64,000 bases of DNA from contig JAHLFO010000040.1 in the NCBI GenBank assembly GCA_018883785.1, forward strand, positions 1,121 through 65,120, given 5' to 3'. The notes below the pieces were generated by a model that was given only the letters and a program-made list of their open reading frames with translations, was not told the DNA's origin and made no database searches. The stretch comes from Candidatus Bacteroides intestinipullorum. GTDB taxonomy: Bacteria; Bacteroidota; Bacteroidia; Bacteroidales; Bacteroidaceae. The translations under genes were made by a program, and so were the position numbers. This document shows, piece by piece, positions 37,001 to 45,703 of the stretch (position 1 is the first letter of the stretch; each line of letters starts with the position of its first letter).

Positions 37001-38366
37001 GCGCTAAAGTCAACCGTCCCTCTAATGTTCCATCGTATGGGACGATATATCCCCATACTGAACTTTTAGTAAAGTCGTATGTACCTAATGCACCACTTAA
37101 ATCATTCCAACCTTCACTATACCCAGATGGAACGCTGCCTGCCACGTAATAGGCATAAGGCTTGGCTGCTGACAATTCTCCTACAAGTGCCCAAGATGGA
37201 GAAGATTGGCTGGGAAGACTGCCTGAATTTGCGAAAAATCCGACAAAAGGATTGTCTATTCCCGACAATGCAGATACTTGACTTTGTATCGTGTTAAAGT
37301 TGTCCTTAACTATTTTACTTGAAGGTGGATTTGTGGTAGAATCAGTAAGGGTTTGTTCTACTGTTGTTTTGTTTGCCCCTTCTTCAATGCTGTCAAATTT
37401 ATCTTGTTCATCAATGGTCAACCCCTTATCTTCTACAAACAACTTACCCGAAGATTGGTCAATCTTGGCTTCAAGAGTTTCTTTACTTGTTCTGTTTGAT
37501 GCTTTTACTCCACCAAGTTCTGTTTCGTTGGCTTGGGGAATAGAAGTTATACCGCCACTGCCACCTCCTGCTGGAACATATAGTTTTCCCGTCGATGGGT
37601 CAATTTTGACCTCTACGGTTTCACTACTGGTCTTGTTTGCAGCTTTTATACCGCCCAACTTCGTTTCTGTGGCCACAGACAATGACCCTCCTCCGGGTTT
37701 CACATACAAGCGACCGGTTTCCGGATCCACCTTGACCTCTTCCGTTTCGTCATCTGTCTTAGTGACTGCGGTAATGCCACCCAACTTGTGCTCTTGAGCA
37801 ACTTCCAGCTTAAACTTCAGCGAATCCAGGTATTCGCCCTCAGTCCCATTGAAATCGCCGCGCAACACCGCTATTTCGTAGGCAGAAAGGCCGTCATAGC
37901 CATACGTGGCCACGGCACTTCGGATCTTGATTTCCGCCTCTCCGCTATCCTTATAAAAAGTCGATTCACTGTCATATTCCGTCAACGCAAACACAAAATC
38001 CTTGCGCGAACGCATGATACAGCGGTCGTTGAAACGATGGTCGTGCGGATGCTTGAAGGGCCAGCGCAGGGGTTGGTTGCGACAGCCGGAATCCACGCTT
38101 GGCGTAAGGGTATCCGAACAGGGAAGGAGATTGTTATAGTTCTTCACCCAGATAGCTTCCAGCGAATAAGCGCCTTCCGGCAATCCCTGCGGAATGTCGA
38201 ACACAAGATTCCCGCCTTCAGCCACAGCTTCAAGCAGGTATTTCTCATAATTACCGATAAGGAACACTTTGACCAACGCGCGAGAAAAGTCTTCGTGAAC
38301 GTCGCTGGTGCCACGGAAGATGCTCCATACGACATGTATCTGACGGTCTTTGCTGATGTATATCAT
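34029..38366 (-). CDS. Large tail spike/fibre with repeated modules and a C-terminal beta-helix (depolymerase-like)
   Basis: 3x (A)TETKLGGIKA repeats, 3x ~95-aa WEQGAV modules, VYISPDGD...AVKTIAEAL followed by pectate-lyase-like repeats. Confidence 0.8.
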   Translation of the reverse strand: MIYISKDRQIHVVWSIFRGTSDVHEDFSRALVKVFLIGNYEKYLLEAVAEGGNLVFDIPQGLPEGAYSLEAIWVKNYNNLLPCSDTLTPSVDSGCRNQPLRWPFKHPHDHRFNDRCIMRSRKDFVFALTEYDSESTFYKDSGEAEIKIRSAVATYGYDGLSAYEIAVLRGDFNGTEGEYLDSLKFKLEVAQEHKLGGITAVTKTDDETEEVKVDPETGRLYVKPGGGSLSVATETKLGGIKAANKTSSETVEVKIDPSTGKLYVPAGGGSGGITSIPQANETELGGVKASNRTSKETLEAKIDQSSGKLFVEDKGLTIDEQDKFDSIEEGANKTTVEQTLTDSTTNPPSSKIVKDNFNTIQSQVSALSGIDNPFVGFFANSGSLPSQSSPSWALVGELSAAKPYAYYVAGSVPSGYSEGWNDLSGALGTYDFTKSSVWGYIVPYDGTLEGRLTLAQAIEKVPQALRQPGLRVLFVDKDGIFQEYIALYGVSTTPTPPEEESWEQGAVTVEGLEDGNSKRIRSAENNLEAGSYTVSVNSSYNVVVWDVTSGFEMLTNYGTSVSFIIDSTKSVRFVIKRVDEGDITPSDVSSTGFELGKGTVPPEEELPEFSWEQGAVSVVGLTNDTNRIRSLAVSLGAGDYTVEVNSGYNVVAWDVTSGFTMLTNYGTRVSFTLDTTKKVRFVIKKMDDAGITPSEVSATGFDFSQSSFRKRSAFNTTSESQDNGWIPENFAKVRQEDWGTGTFYGISQDLFTKKTFIFNADYEAPLEAGNYYTLDQVIDIVPDVLIKPGLLLMFKVGSYQYKIYQFISTSVQDFRDSGVRNIVFRELTNSANEVNSITNVFALINSNNPNNLYSVRNVLEMAVNNASPGELLYPSQLQYGNLWNYRAAVIPVEGEKTYTLSGWHIPIGKSISLLDINKNVLDTRNMNSYYSGSNIVKMGEWDEPGDITITTPSKCCYVAINVANDTYKDYFKFANIIFVEDTTQEELPTLDWEQGAVTIIGLNNDANRIRSLAEELPSGNYTVSVNSSYNVVAWDVTNGFAMLTSYGTSVSFTISSPRSVRFVIKRVDEGNITPSEVSSTGFELEKGQGYTGGYAKGQKHLTGYVDFDDLMLNDLSWPSGFACRAQIRVLSDKTRTKFIPLFDVHSKIIKGNKTVYISPDGDHSGTGLLPSTAVKTIAEALALKPSTIVFLPGTYTVDKNYLDNQQITVPINLIGYGEVTIDNLEKSPIQIKNNAYIENIHFKGGINGALNPYLLNDDYYVACYKCKFTDAKTSASLGGFRAQGGNYYMVDCEASDNFYDGFNYHAIDGHIPHVLEIDCRGYMNGIGSDYYSQNCSTAHEGAKVIRVNCDYGYSQGGVVADANANTVSVNIGCVAHSSLWFGSDHQNYNVSFWTGSGAIMYLIGCRSYGSNYDLSVEGSSSIYSDELFERKYNDGSGTITNISYF

Positions 38367-38372
38367 AATGAA

Positions 38373-39041
38373 TTAGGATGGATTAAAATTTGACGTTGCC
38401 AGTTTAAGGAACAAATCTCCTTGTTCAGAATTGCCGCGGCTGATTTCAACCAGGCCGGCGCAATAGTATACTATAGATGAGCGCAACAGGGCGGGAATGC
38501 CAATGGTATCGCCTGAATCTCCCGAACGTACTATAGGAAGGGGAATATACAAGGCGCGTTCAATGCTATGGTCTGCCTTGCCGTCTTCACCTTTGCCTGC
38601 CGTGAAGTATTCCATGGTGCGTTGCCCTTCCGCATTGTGCGAAAATACGCAGACCGGTTTCAGAGGTGTTCCTCTGGTGAAAGAATTACGTTGCATCAAG
38701 TCCGTGCTGCTCCCCTCTTCGGCTACGGAGGTCACGGCGCGGTTCCACGACTTCAGTTTGATACTTACCAACCGGAGAAAGTCGTCCGGCAACAGTATAT
38801 AGCCACAACCGTCTCCTGCATCAACGGGCTTGACGGATCTAAGATCCAGGCTTTCCGCATCCAACAGCTGTGAGGGGCACATTTCGATAATAGAACGAAC
38901 TGCCACCGCCAGTTTGGCGCGGATAAGTTCGTCCAGCTCCATGTTGTCCGTTCCTGTGGCCAGGTATTCACTTTCCACTTGATTTTCGTCAAGAGTGATG
39001 CGAACAGCTTCCACCAATTCCTCTACCGGTACTTGCTTCAT
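38373..39041 (-). CDS. Head-to-tail adaptor (tail tubular protein A-like)
   Basis: YILLPDDFLRLVS...IPALLRSSIVYYCA; downstream of the capsid gene. Confidence 0.7.
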   Translation of the reverse strand: MKQVPVEELVEAVRITLDENQVESEYLATGTDNMELDELIRAKLAVAVRSIIEMCPSQLLDAESLDLRSVKPVDAGDGCGYILLPDDFLRLVSIKLKSWNRAVTSVAEEGSSTDLMQRNSFTRGTPLKPVCVFSHNAEGQRTMEYFTAGKGEDGKADHSIERALYIPLPIVRSGDSGDTIGIPALLRSSIVYYCAGLVEISRGNSEQGDLFLKLATSNFNPS

Positions 39042-39444
39042 GGGACTGCTGAATACTGATGTTTGGGAAGCGTATGCTTATTTTCGCAGCCTCGGCCAGA
39101 ATCTCGTCCGGCGTGGTCAATGCATCGCGGTCGCTCCCGTGATTGTTCACTAAGTATTCTATGGCCTCCTGCCACGTCTCTACGCCCTTCACGTCCTGCA
39201 CCTTCGAGGAGGATTTGGACTTGCGACCGGCTTTCTTTGACGCATTAGACGTTATTTCGGATTGTCCCTCCATACGTCTATAGATGCGTCCGTACATGTC
39301 GCTGGCCTCCAAAGCCTTGATTTCATCGTCATTCTTGGCGATGTACATGCTTCCGCCTTTGGTGCATGGGGTGAAACAAAAACGCTTGTCCACCCCATTC
39401 ACCAACAACGAAAAAGATATGTTCAGATTAGAAATGTATCGCAT
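38989..39444 (-). CDS. Hypothetical virion-associated protein
   Basis: Between capsid and adaptor genes. Confidence 0.7.
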   Translation of the reverse strand: MRYISNLNISFSLLVNGVDKRFCFTPCTKGGSMYIAKNDDEIKALEASDMYGRIYRRMEGQSEITSNASKKAGRKSKSSSKVQDVKGVETWQEAIEYLVNNHGSDRDALTTPDEILAEAAKISIRFPNISIQQSHEASTGRGIGGSCSHHS

Positions 39445-39446
39445 TT

Positions 39447-39520
39447 CAATGAAGAATTAATTTAATGAAGAACTAAGAATGAAGAATTTTCAAGGATGCT
39501 CCGCACTCAATTCTTCATTT
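39447..39520. repeat. AATGAAG/AATTAA heptamer repeat element
   Basis: AATGAAGAATTAATTTAATGAAGAACTAAGAATGAAGAATT...AATTCTTCATT; relatives at 5458-5500, 6703-6738, 8996-9020. Confidence 0.7.
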
Positions 39521-39553
39521 TGCACGGAGCGCGATTCTTCATCCTTCCTTTTT

Positions 39554-40969
39554 TTAGAGGCTTGCCAGCTTCACCCGAGCATGTGCCTTCGGATAGACCA
39601 GGTAGCAGCAGCTTGCCTCCTTCATCACGACAGCCTGCGTGTCGCGCTTTGCCAGCTTGGCCATGTCGTACTCTTTGCGGCTCCAGGGGAGGAACGTCTT
39701 CTTGCGGAGGTATTCCGGATCGATAACAAACATCTCGTCGCTCTTCTCGTTCATGTCCATCAGTTCATGGTGCATCACGAGCAGTTTGCCGAAATTGCTG
39801 TCGAACGAGGTGAACTTCAGTCCCCAACGCTCAAATTCCTTCACCACCTTGAAGCGTTCGCTCTGCATCTTGGCCAGCGTGGCAAGCATCGTACTGCCTG
39901 CAAAGCCAACCTTCGTGCCGTTGCCCGAATCATTGCCGGTAAAGAGGTCTTTCAGGAAGTCCACCATTTGGTCGTCGGTGATGGTAACCGAACCCGATGC
40001 AGCAGTGCCGATGGACATGTCCTTGCCGGCCATCCAGTAGATGCCGCCGGTGAAGTAAACATCTGCACCGCTCTTTTTCGGATCTTTGCTCTTTCCCTTG
40101 ATGCCGAACAAATAACTGTTCTCCATGCCAAGGCGCATATCATAGATGCCGTCCTCCTCCATGTCGGAGAAGTTCCAGTCAACTTTCTTATCCCACATCT
40201 TGTCGAAAGTGGACTGCTCCACCTGCATCATGAACTTCTGGCAGAACTGTTCTTCCGGCGTGGGCAGGTTGTAGAAGTTGCCGGTCTCCACATCGATTTC
40301 CGATGCGGCACGCCCCATGCGGATAAGGACGGTATCGACATTAATCTGCGGCACCAGACTGTTCGTCTGGTCGCTGTTCTTCTTGCCGTTGACGGCAATC
40401 ACCACCGGATAGCCCGTTTCGTCGTTCTTTCCCACTACATACAGCATCAGGTCTTTCGTGTCCTGTGTAGTACCGTCGGACTTGAATCCCTTCACGCCCA
40501 CCACGCGGATGGTGTCCGTCAGCGAGAAGATGGAACCATCGTCCACCTGCACCGTCGTGGATGCCTGTCCGCTCGTCATGGCAGTAACCTGCGTCTTCAC
40601 CGTGGTCTTGATGGGTCGGGTAGCCACACTGTAATACTGCACAACCATGCTGCCGCTGCGCGAAATCGTACTGGCACTTCGCGTGATCTGGTCGATAGGC
40701 GTGCGCATCGGACGCATCTTGGTGATGCGCTTGTCCACTTCCTTGGCATAATAATCCGGATCATCGTCCCCGGTCTGTTCAATGCCGGTCGTTGCCGTGG
40801 CGCCACCCAGCGAGTTGGTAATGTTCTTACCTCCATCTGCCATGTCCGTTGCTTCACCGCCCATGGCAGTAGCAGCCGCCATACATACGCCGGTCATCGA
40901 ACTGGCCACGATGGCCAGCAACATCAACAATGCCTGGCCAAACCATTGATAGATTTTCTTCCCTTTCAT
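39554..40969 (-). CDS. Major capsid protein (HK97 fold, DUF5309-like) with a hydrophobic N-terminal leader
   Basis: TPIDQI; FCQKFMMQVEQS...DMRLGMENSYLFG...YFTGGI; follows the scaffold gene. Confidence 0.8.
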   Translation of the reverse strand: MKGKKIYQWFGQALLMLLAIVASSMTGVCMAAATAMGGEATDMADGGKNITNSLGGATATTGIEQTGDDDPDYYAKEVDKRITKMRPMRTPIDQITRSASTISRSGSMVVQYYSVATRPIKTTVKTQVTAMTSGQASTTVQVDDGSIFSLTDTIRVVGVKGFKSDGTTQDTKDLMLYVVGKNDETGYPVVIAVNGKKNSDQTNSLVPQINVDTVLIRMGRAASEIDVETGNFYNLPTPEEQFCQKFMMQVEQSTFDKMWDKKVDWNFSDMEEDGIYDMRLGMENSYLFGIKGKSKDPKKSGADVYFTGGIYWMAGKDMSIGTAASGSVTITDDQMVDFLKDLFTGNDSGNGTKVGFAGSTMLATLAKMQSERFKVVKEFERWGLKFTSFDSNFGKLLVMHHELMDMNEKSDEMFVIDPEYLRKKTFLPWSRKEYDMAKLAKRDTQAVVMKEASCCYLVYPKAHARVKLASL

Positions 40970-41006
40970 CTTTCTGCTTCGTTTTTAATTGTTATGAATC
41001 GTTTTA

Positions 41007-41816
41007 TTAATCGTCCCACACGCTCTTGCGGCGTCCCACAATCTTATCCAGCCGGGAGAGCAACGGGTCTTCACGCCTGCCGCTTTCACCACCGCGCCCG
41101 CTTTGCGAAATGTCGCTGGGCATATCAGAGGTCTTCGTACGTTTACGCTTGTTCAGGTCGATGTTGGCATTGCGCCCAGCCACTTCGCCCTCTTGTCGTG
41201 CCTCGGCCACCCGGGCGTTGGCATCCTGTTGCATCAGGTCATAATTCGCCGCCTTCATCAGCATCATCCAGTCATCCTTGTTGATGTCGTTTGTGATGAT
41301 GCGATCTAACAGACCTCCGTCGCCATATAGATAGGAATAAGCCTTATCGGCATCTTCGTCGGTAAACTTGCCTTCGGCCTTGGCTGCGTCCAGGTCGTCC
41401 AGCATCTTCTGCATATTGGCTTCGGCCTGCGCTTGCAGTTCCTTGTTCCTGGCCTGCTTCTCGGTATATTTCGAGAAGGCTTCGGCAAATTCCTTGGCCT
41501 TGGCTTCGTCGTTCAGGGCTTCGCGGAAATCGTCGCCGTATTGCTCGATGAGGTATTCCATCGGGTTTCCTCCCTTGCGCATCACCATCAGGAATCCGGC
41601 ACTGCGCGGGTCGTTGGCCAACAGTTCGCCCAATTCCCGCTGGGCAGCGTCGCTCCTGTCCATCCGGTCCCATTCGTCACCCAGGACACCATAAAAAGCC
41701 TCTTCGTCCCCGGCATCCACATCGGGATGACGCTGGCCAAAGCGTTCCATGAATTGTTCCCTTCGGGTCTTTTCCTGCTGGTTATCAATCTTTTGTGTCT
41801 CCTTATTTTCTTCCAT
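41007..41816 (-). CDS. Capsid scaffolding protein
   Basis: Acidic, helical, coiled-coil protein directly upstream of the capsid gene. Confidence 0.7.
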   Translation of the reverse strand: MEENKETQKIDNQQEKTRREQFMERFGQRHPDVDAGDEEAFYGVLGDEWDRMDRSDAAQRELGELLANDPRSAGFLMVMRKGGNPMEYLIEQYGDDFREALNDEAKAKEFAEAFSKYTEKQARNKELQAQAEANMQKMLDDLDAAKAEGKFTDEDADKAYSYLYGDGGLLDRIITNDINKDDWMMLMKAANYDLMQQDANARVAEARQEGEVAGRNANIDLNKRKRTKTSDMPSDISQSGRGGESGRREDPLLSRLDKIVGRRKSVWDD

Positions 41817-41833
41817 TTCCTTTTTCTTTTTCA

Positions 41834-41880
41834 CAAATGTAACGAGCCGGTTTCACGGCCTGACGATAAAAAATGCCACT
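41834..41880 (-). promoter_or_regulatory. Late-promoter motif copy 2
   Basis: CAAA-N27-GATAA-AAAA-TGCCA. Confidence 0.55.
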
Positions 41881-41932
41881 TGCGGAATATTTCGTAATTT
41901 TGAAGCAAGGATAACAGCATCATTCTAAATAT

Positions 41933-42379
41933 ATGAGAAAGAAAGGAAGCGTTTTCGTCCTATCGGACAGCAGGAACCGGGATTTGCTGCGTGCCTACAA
42001 CGAGCAGGTGAAAAAGCAGTTACGCCTGTACGGACGTATCACCAAGACGGGGCTTATCGAACGTGCCGTAAGTTCCCCGGCCTCCCGCTTCTGGGTGTCG
42101 TCCGAACGGGCTTGCGTCATTATCTACCGCCTGGAGAAAGGGGAATCCATAGGATATATGAAAGAGAACAAACTGCGGTTCTACACGGAGCTGTACAAAG
42201 CCTTCTGCCTGTACCGCGAGCAGCATCCGGAAATCACCTGCGTCAAGCATCTAGTGGAAATCGTAGTCATGCAGCCTGCTCCCTGCTTCCCCATAACGCC
42301 CCGCGTGGCACGCAATATCATCGAAAAAATGCGCCGGAAATGCCAACAGGAAAAAATAAACAAGTTGAACGGAAAGTAA
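41933..42379 (+). CDS. Basic helical protein, candidate late-transcription activator
   Basis: Two similar halves (SPASRFWVS / QPAPCFPIT), basic; TAATTTTG at 41895-41902. Confidence 0.6.
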   Translation: MRKKGSVFVLSDSRNRDLLRAYNEQVKKQLRLYGRITKTGLIERAVSSPASRFWVSSERACVIIYRLEKGESIGYMKENKLRFYTELYKAFCLYREQHPEITCVKHLVEIVVMQPAPCFPITPRVARNIIEKMRRKCQQEKINKLNGK

Positions 42380-42840
42380 TCGTGTCACTTCTATTGCTTA
42401 ACATCTATCTATGGCTGCCGATGGAATATGTTCCGGAACTCGCGGCCTCCTTCAATGCTGCCTGGTACACCCATCTATGCTGCCAATGGGCGCATACCGG
42501 ACTATTCCACCTGGTACTCAACCTATATGTGCTTTGGTTCTTGCGATTTACCTGGAAAGAATTTGGAGTCGCCTACCTTGTATCCATACCAGCCACCTTT
42601 GCATCCTCATCCGGTGCAATCGGTTTCAGCTCGGTCATCTACGCGCTGATGGGGTTGCTGCTGCCACAGGTTCGTTTGTCCGTACGCGACTGGGGACTGT
42701 TCCTGGTTGTCAATGCGGCCACGGCGTTTGTGCCGTCCATCGCCTTTGGGGTGCATGTCACGGCGTTTGGACTGGGGTTCTTATCTGCTAAAATCAAAAA
42801 ATTATCTGATGAGTATAGAAGAGCTTGTAAAAGAGGATGA
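42340..42840 (+). CDS. Rhomboid-family intramembrane serine protease
   Basis: H.GLFHLVLN (HxxxxHxxxN), IGFSSV (GxS catalytic Ser), GVHVTAF (catalytic His), multiple TMs. Confidence 0.8.
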   Translation: MPTGKNKQVERKVIVSLLLLNIYLWLPMEYVPELAASFNAAWYTHLCCQWAHTGLFHLVLNLYVLWFLRFTWKEFGVAYLVSIPATFASSSGAIGFSSVIYALMGLLLPQVRLSVRDWGLFLVVNAATAFVPSIAFGVHVTAFGLGFLSAKIKKLSDEYRRACKRG

Positions 42841-44884
42841 CCGGAGGATGTCCGAGATACGTGCGCCATTCAACCCCATCACGGGCGAGGGTTCGGTGGG
42901 AAAGAGGAAGAAGGTGCATATTGAGGACGTGTATCCCTATGATATGTTGATTCCTGTCCCCATGCTTCAAAACAAGCTCGTAAAGCTCATCCTCAAGAAA
43001 GGCAGTATCCGCCAATTTTGTTTGGACCGCTATGGAATATGCGACACGGAAACCCGGGAGAAAGTAGTACGCCAATTCATCAAAGTGCGTTGCCGGCACG
43101 ATTTTCCTTTCCTTGCCTATGCCTACAACTTAATCAAGAACAAGGAAGGCGGCAAAATGATACATTTCAAGCTGAGCTATCCGCAACGCTATCTGCTTTC
43201 CATTCTCGAAGATATGCGCCTGGCCGGTGTCCCTATCCGCATCATCTTGCTGAAAGCCCGCCAATGGGGAGGTTCCACGCTGGTGCAGCTCTACATCGCC
43301 TGGATTCAACTCTTTCACAAGGAAGGATGGTATTCCGACATCGTGGCACAAGACGCTTCCACGTCACGAAAAATCAAGGCCATGTACAGCAAGATGCTGG
43401 AAAGGTTGCCTCCTTGGCTCATCGGCTGCCCAGACAACGCACAACTGGCTTTCACGCCTTACGAAGGTTCACAACTGGACAGTATCATCACCTACGGAAA
43501 GGGTACGAACATCACCAAGGCACGTGATACGGTGATAACCATTGGCACCTACAACAATCCGAACTCCGGACGCGGCGGCGACATATCGTGCGTCCACTAC
43601 TCCGAGGTCGGATTGTGGGAAGATACCGACGGCAAAAAGCCCGAAGACATCATCCGCTCCATATCATCCTCCCTGCTCATGGCTCCGCTCACCGTAGAGG
43701 TCATCGAATCCACGGCCAACGGCATGGGGAACTTCTTCTACCGCGCCTACCAGGCGGCCAAGCAGGGAAAGAGTAACCGGCGTGCCGTATTCGTGCCGTG
43801 GTTCAAGATTGAGAAATATACCCGACCTGTTAAAGACCGCAAAGCCTTTGCCCAATGGCTTCTGGACAATAAGGACAACAACAATCCACCCGAAGGTTGC
43901 TTGGATGCCGGCAAATACTACTGGCACCTCTGGACGCTGGGGGCGACCTTTGAGGCAATCAACTGGTACATCTTCAAACGGAAGGACTACATTGACCACC
44001 AGGACATGATGGCAGAGTTTCCGTCGGATGACATCGAAGCCTTCCGCAACAGCGGCCGTCAGGTGTTCAACATCTACTACCTGGACAAGCTGAAAGAGAC
44101 TTGCAAGCCCCCGCTCCACGTGGGAGAAGTGCAGGGCGACGGCGTGAAGGGCAGACGCGCCTTGCAGGACCTGCATTTTGTAGCCGACCACAACGGGATG
44201 CTGAAGGTATGGGCCATGCCGCAGCAGTTGAAGCACCGCATCGCCCGCCGCTACCTGGTCACGGTGGACGTGGGCGGACGGGGCAAGGAAGCGGACTGGT
44301 CGGACATACTCGTCATTGACCGCTACTGGATGATGTTCGGCGGCAACCCGGAGGTGGTGGCCGAATGGCACGGACACATCGACCACGACCTGCTGGCCTG
44401 GAAGGCGGCGCAGATAGCCGGATTTTATGACAACGCGAAGTTGGTCATCGAGAGCAACACCATTGAGACGAAAGACAACGACACGGACGGCGACCAGTCG
44501 GAACTCATCTTCAACCAGCTTGCAGGCGAATACGACAACCTCTACGTCCGCAAGGCGTCCGAAGCAAAGATAGCGCAGGGCATCGCCACCGAGTATGGCT
44601 TCCACACCAACCGCAAGACGAAACCCATGCTCATCAGCAACCTCGTGGCTTGCGTCCGCGACCTGTCGTACATCGAACGAAACCTCGACGCCATCGCCGA
44701 GTATGCGGTCTACGAGAAGAAAGAGAACGGCTCGTTCGGCGCCGCCGACGGCTACCACGACGACCGCGTGATGACGCGCGGCATCGGCCTGCACATCTGC
44801 TTCAACGAAATGGACCTGCCCGCCGTCGTCAAGCCGAAACAAAAACATCAGCAAAAAAAAGTAATCACAGAAGCAACCATTTAA
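42809..44884 (+). CDS. terL: Terminase large subunit
   Basis: LKARQWGGST (Walker A), HYSEV, ESTANG, VDVGG nuclease Asp, HDDRVM. Confidence 0.92.
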   Translation: MSIEELVKEDDRRMSEIRAPFNPITGEGSVGKRKKVHIEDVYPYDMLIPVPMLQNKLVKLILKKGSIRQFCLDRYGICDTETREKVVRQFIKVRCRHDFPFLAYAYNLIKNKEGGKMIHFKLSYPQRYLLSILEDMRLAGVPIRIILLKARQWGGSTLVQLYIAWIQLFHKEGWYSDIVAQDASTSRKIKAMYSKMLERLPPWLIGCPDNAQLAFTPYEGSQLDSIITYGKGTNITKARDTVITIGTYNNPNSGRGGDISCVHYSEVGLWEDTDGKKPEDIIRSISSSLLMAPLTVEVIESTANGMGNFFYRAYQAAKQGKSNRRAVFVPWFKIEKYTRPVKDRKAFAQWLLDNKDNNNPPEGCLDAGKYYWHLWTLGATFEAINWYIFKRKDYIDHQDMMAEFPSDDIEAFRNSGRQVFNIYYLDKLKETCKPPLHVGEVQGDGVKGRRALQDLHFVADHNGMLKVWAMPQQLKHRIARRYLVTVDVGGRGKEADWSDILVIDRYWMMFGGNPEVVAEWHGHIDHDLLAWKAAQIAGFYDNAKLVIESNTIETKDNDTDGDQSELIFNQLAGEYDNLYVRKASEAKIAQGIATEYGFHTNRKTKPMLISNLVACVRDLSYIERNLDAIAEYAVYEKKENGSFGAADGYHDDRVMTRGIGLHICFNEMDLPAVVKPKQKHQQKKVITEATI

Positions 44885-44896
44885 TCCGATTGAATT

Positions 44897-45241
44897 ATGA
44901 ATATAGTAAAAAGAATCCAAGCTTTCTTCATTCTGCTGAAAGCCGACCGGGAACTGAAACAAGCCATCAGACAGGCCGACCGCATGCACCTTCGCACGGG
45001 CCACCGTTATTACGTACTTCCCAACACCCGCCACAAATTGTACGTATATTGCTGGGCAGACATCAAGCGGATGCGCCGTGCCGGGATGTTTTCCAACCGC
45101 GCCACGCAGAAGGACTTCCTCTTTGAATCCTTCTACCACACGCCCGGACAGTTCGGCGAGGGCGCGCTGACGCCCCAACGCCGCAAGCAGAAACGCAATG
45201 CCTGGCTCAACTACGTGGCGCAGGTCCGGTGCCTGATTTGA
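44897..45241 (+). CDS. Basic hypothetical protein
   Basis: 114-aa ORF following terL. Confidence 0.75.
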   Translation: MNIVKRIQAFFILLKADRELKQAIRQADRMHLRTGHRYYVLPNTRHKLYVYCWADIKRMRRAGMFSNRATQKDFLFESFYHTPGQFGEGALTPQRRKQKRNAWLNYVAQVRCLI

Positions 45242-45308
45242 AAAATCATCCGCAAATGCTACGTTTTTCCAATCATAAACTTTATCTTTGCAGTAAAATC
45301 AAGTAAGG

Positions 45309-45551
45309 ATGGGAAACTTCAGCAACCAACAGAAAGCCAAGGAAGAGGCAAAAGAACGGGACAAGACCAGACGAGAGAAACTGGCAGGTTATTTCTATGA
45401 TTCCTCCAAAGTTATTCTGGCAGGTGTAGTGGTAGGAGGATTAGCACCTTTATTCTCCAAACCTGAGATTGAACTGAATTATTATATCATAATAGCAGGC
45501 ATCATGGCAACTGTTTTGCTAGCGTGGATAGGTAATAACATTTTAAAATAG
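45309..45551 (+). CDS. Two-TM small membrane protein (moron)
   Basis: Own -7 box TATCTTTG 45283-45290; REKLAGYFYDSSK plus two TMs. Confidence 0.75.
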   Translation: MGNFSNQQKAKEEAKERDKTRREKLAGYFYDSSKVILAGVVVGGLAPLFSKPEIELNYYIIIAGIMATVLLAWIGNNILK

Positions 45552-45557
45552 ATAATT

Positions 45558-45662
45558 ATGACACAATTAGGATTAACATTCACAGTCATTGCTGCTCTTG
45601 CAGCTATTTTCCTGATATGGCTTAACACCAAGGCCGGGAAAAAGTGGAAAGAAACCTTGTAA
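45558..45662 (+). CDS. 34-aa single-TM peptide (not in the ORF track)
   Basis: MTQLGLTFTVIAALAAIFLIWLNTKAGKKWKETL*. Confidence 0.65.
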   Translation: MTQLGLTFTVIAALAAIFLIWLNTKAGKKWKETL

Positions 45663-45671
45663 TGCAATAGC

Positions 45672-45703
45672 AAAGGCGACCCGCCAATGGGCCGCCTTTC
45701 TTT
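45672..45703. terminator. Bidirectional intrinsic terminator
   Basis: AAAGGCG.CCC/GGG.CGCCTTT between convergent genes. Confidence 0.7.

Noticed and set aside
34029-38366. Diversity-generating retroelement or shufflon in the tail spike repeats
   Set aside because: No reverse transcriptase or invertase in the window; repeats are in-frame direct domain duplications
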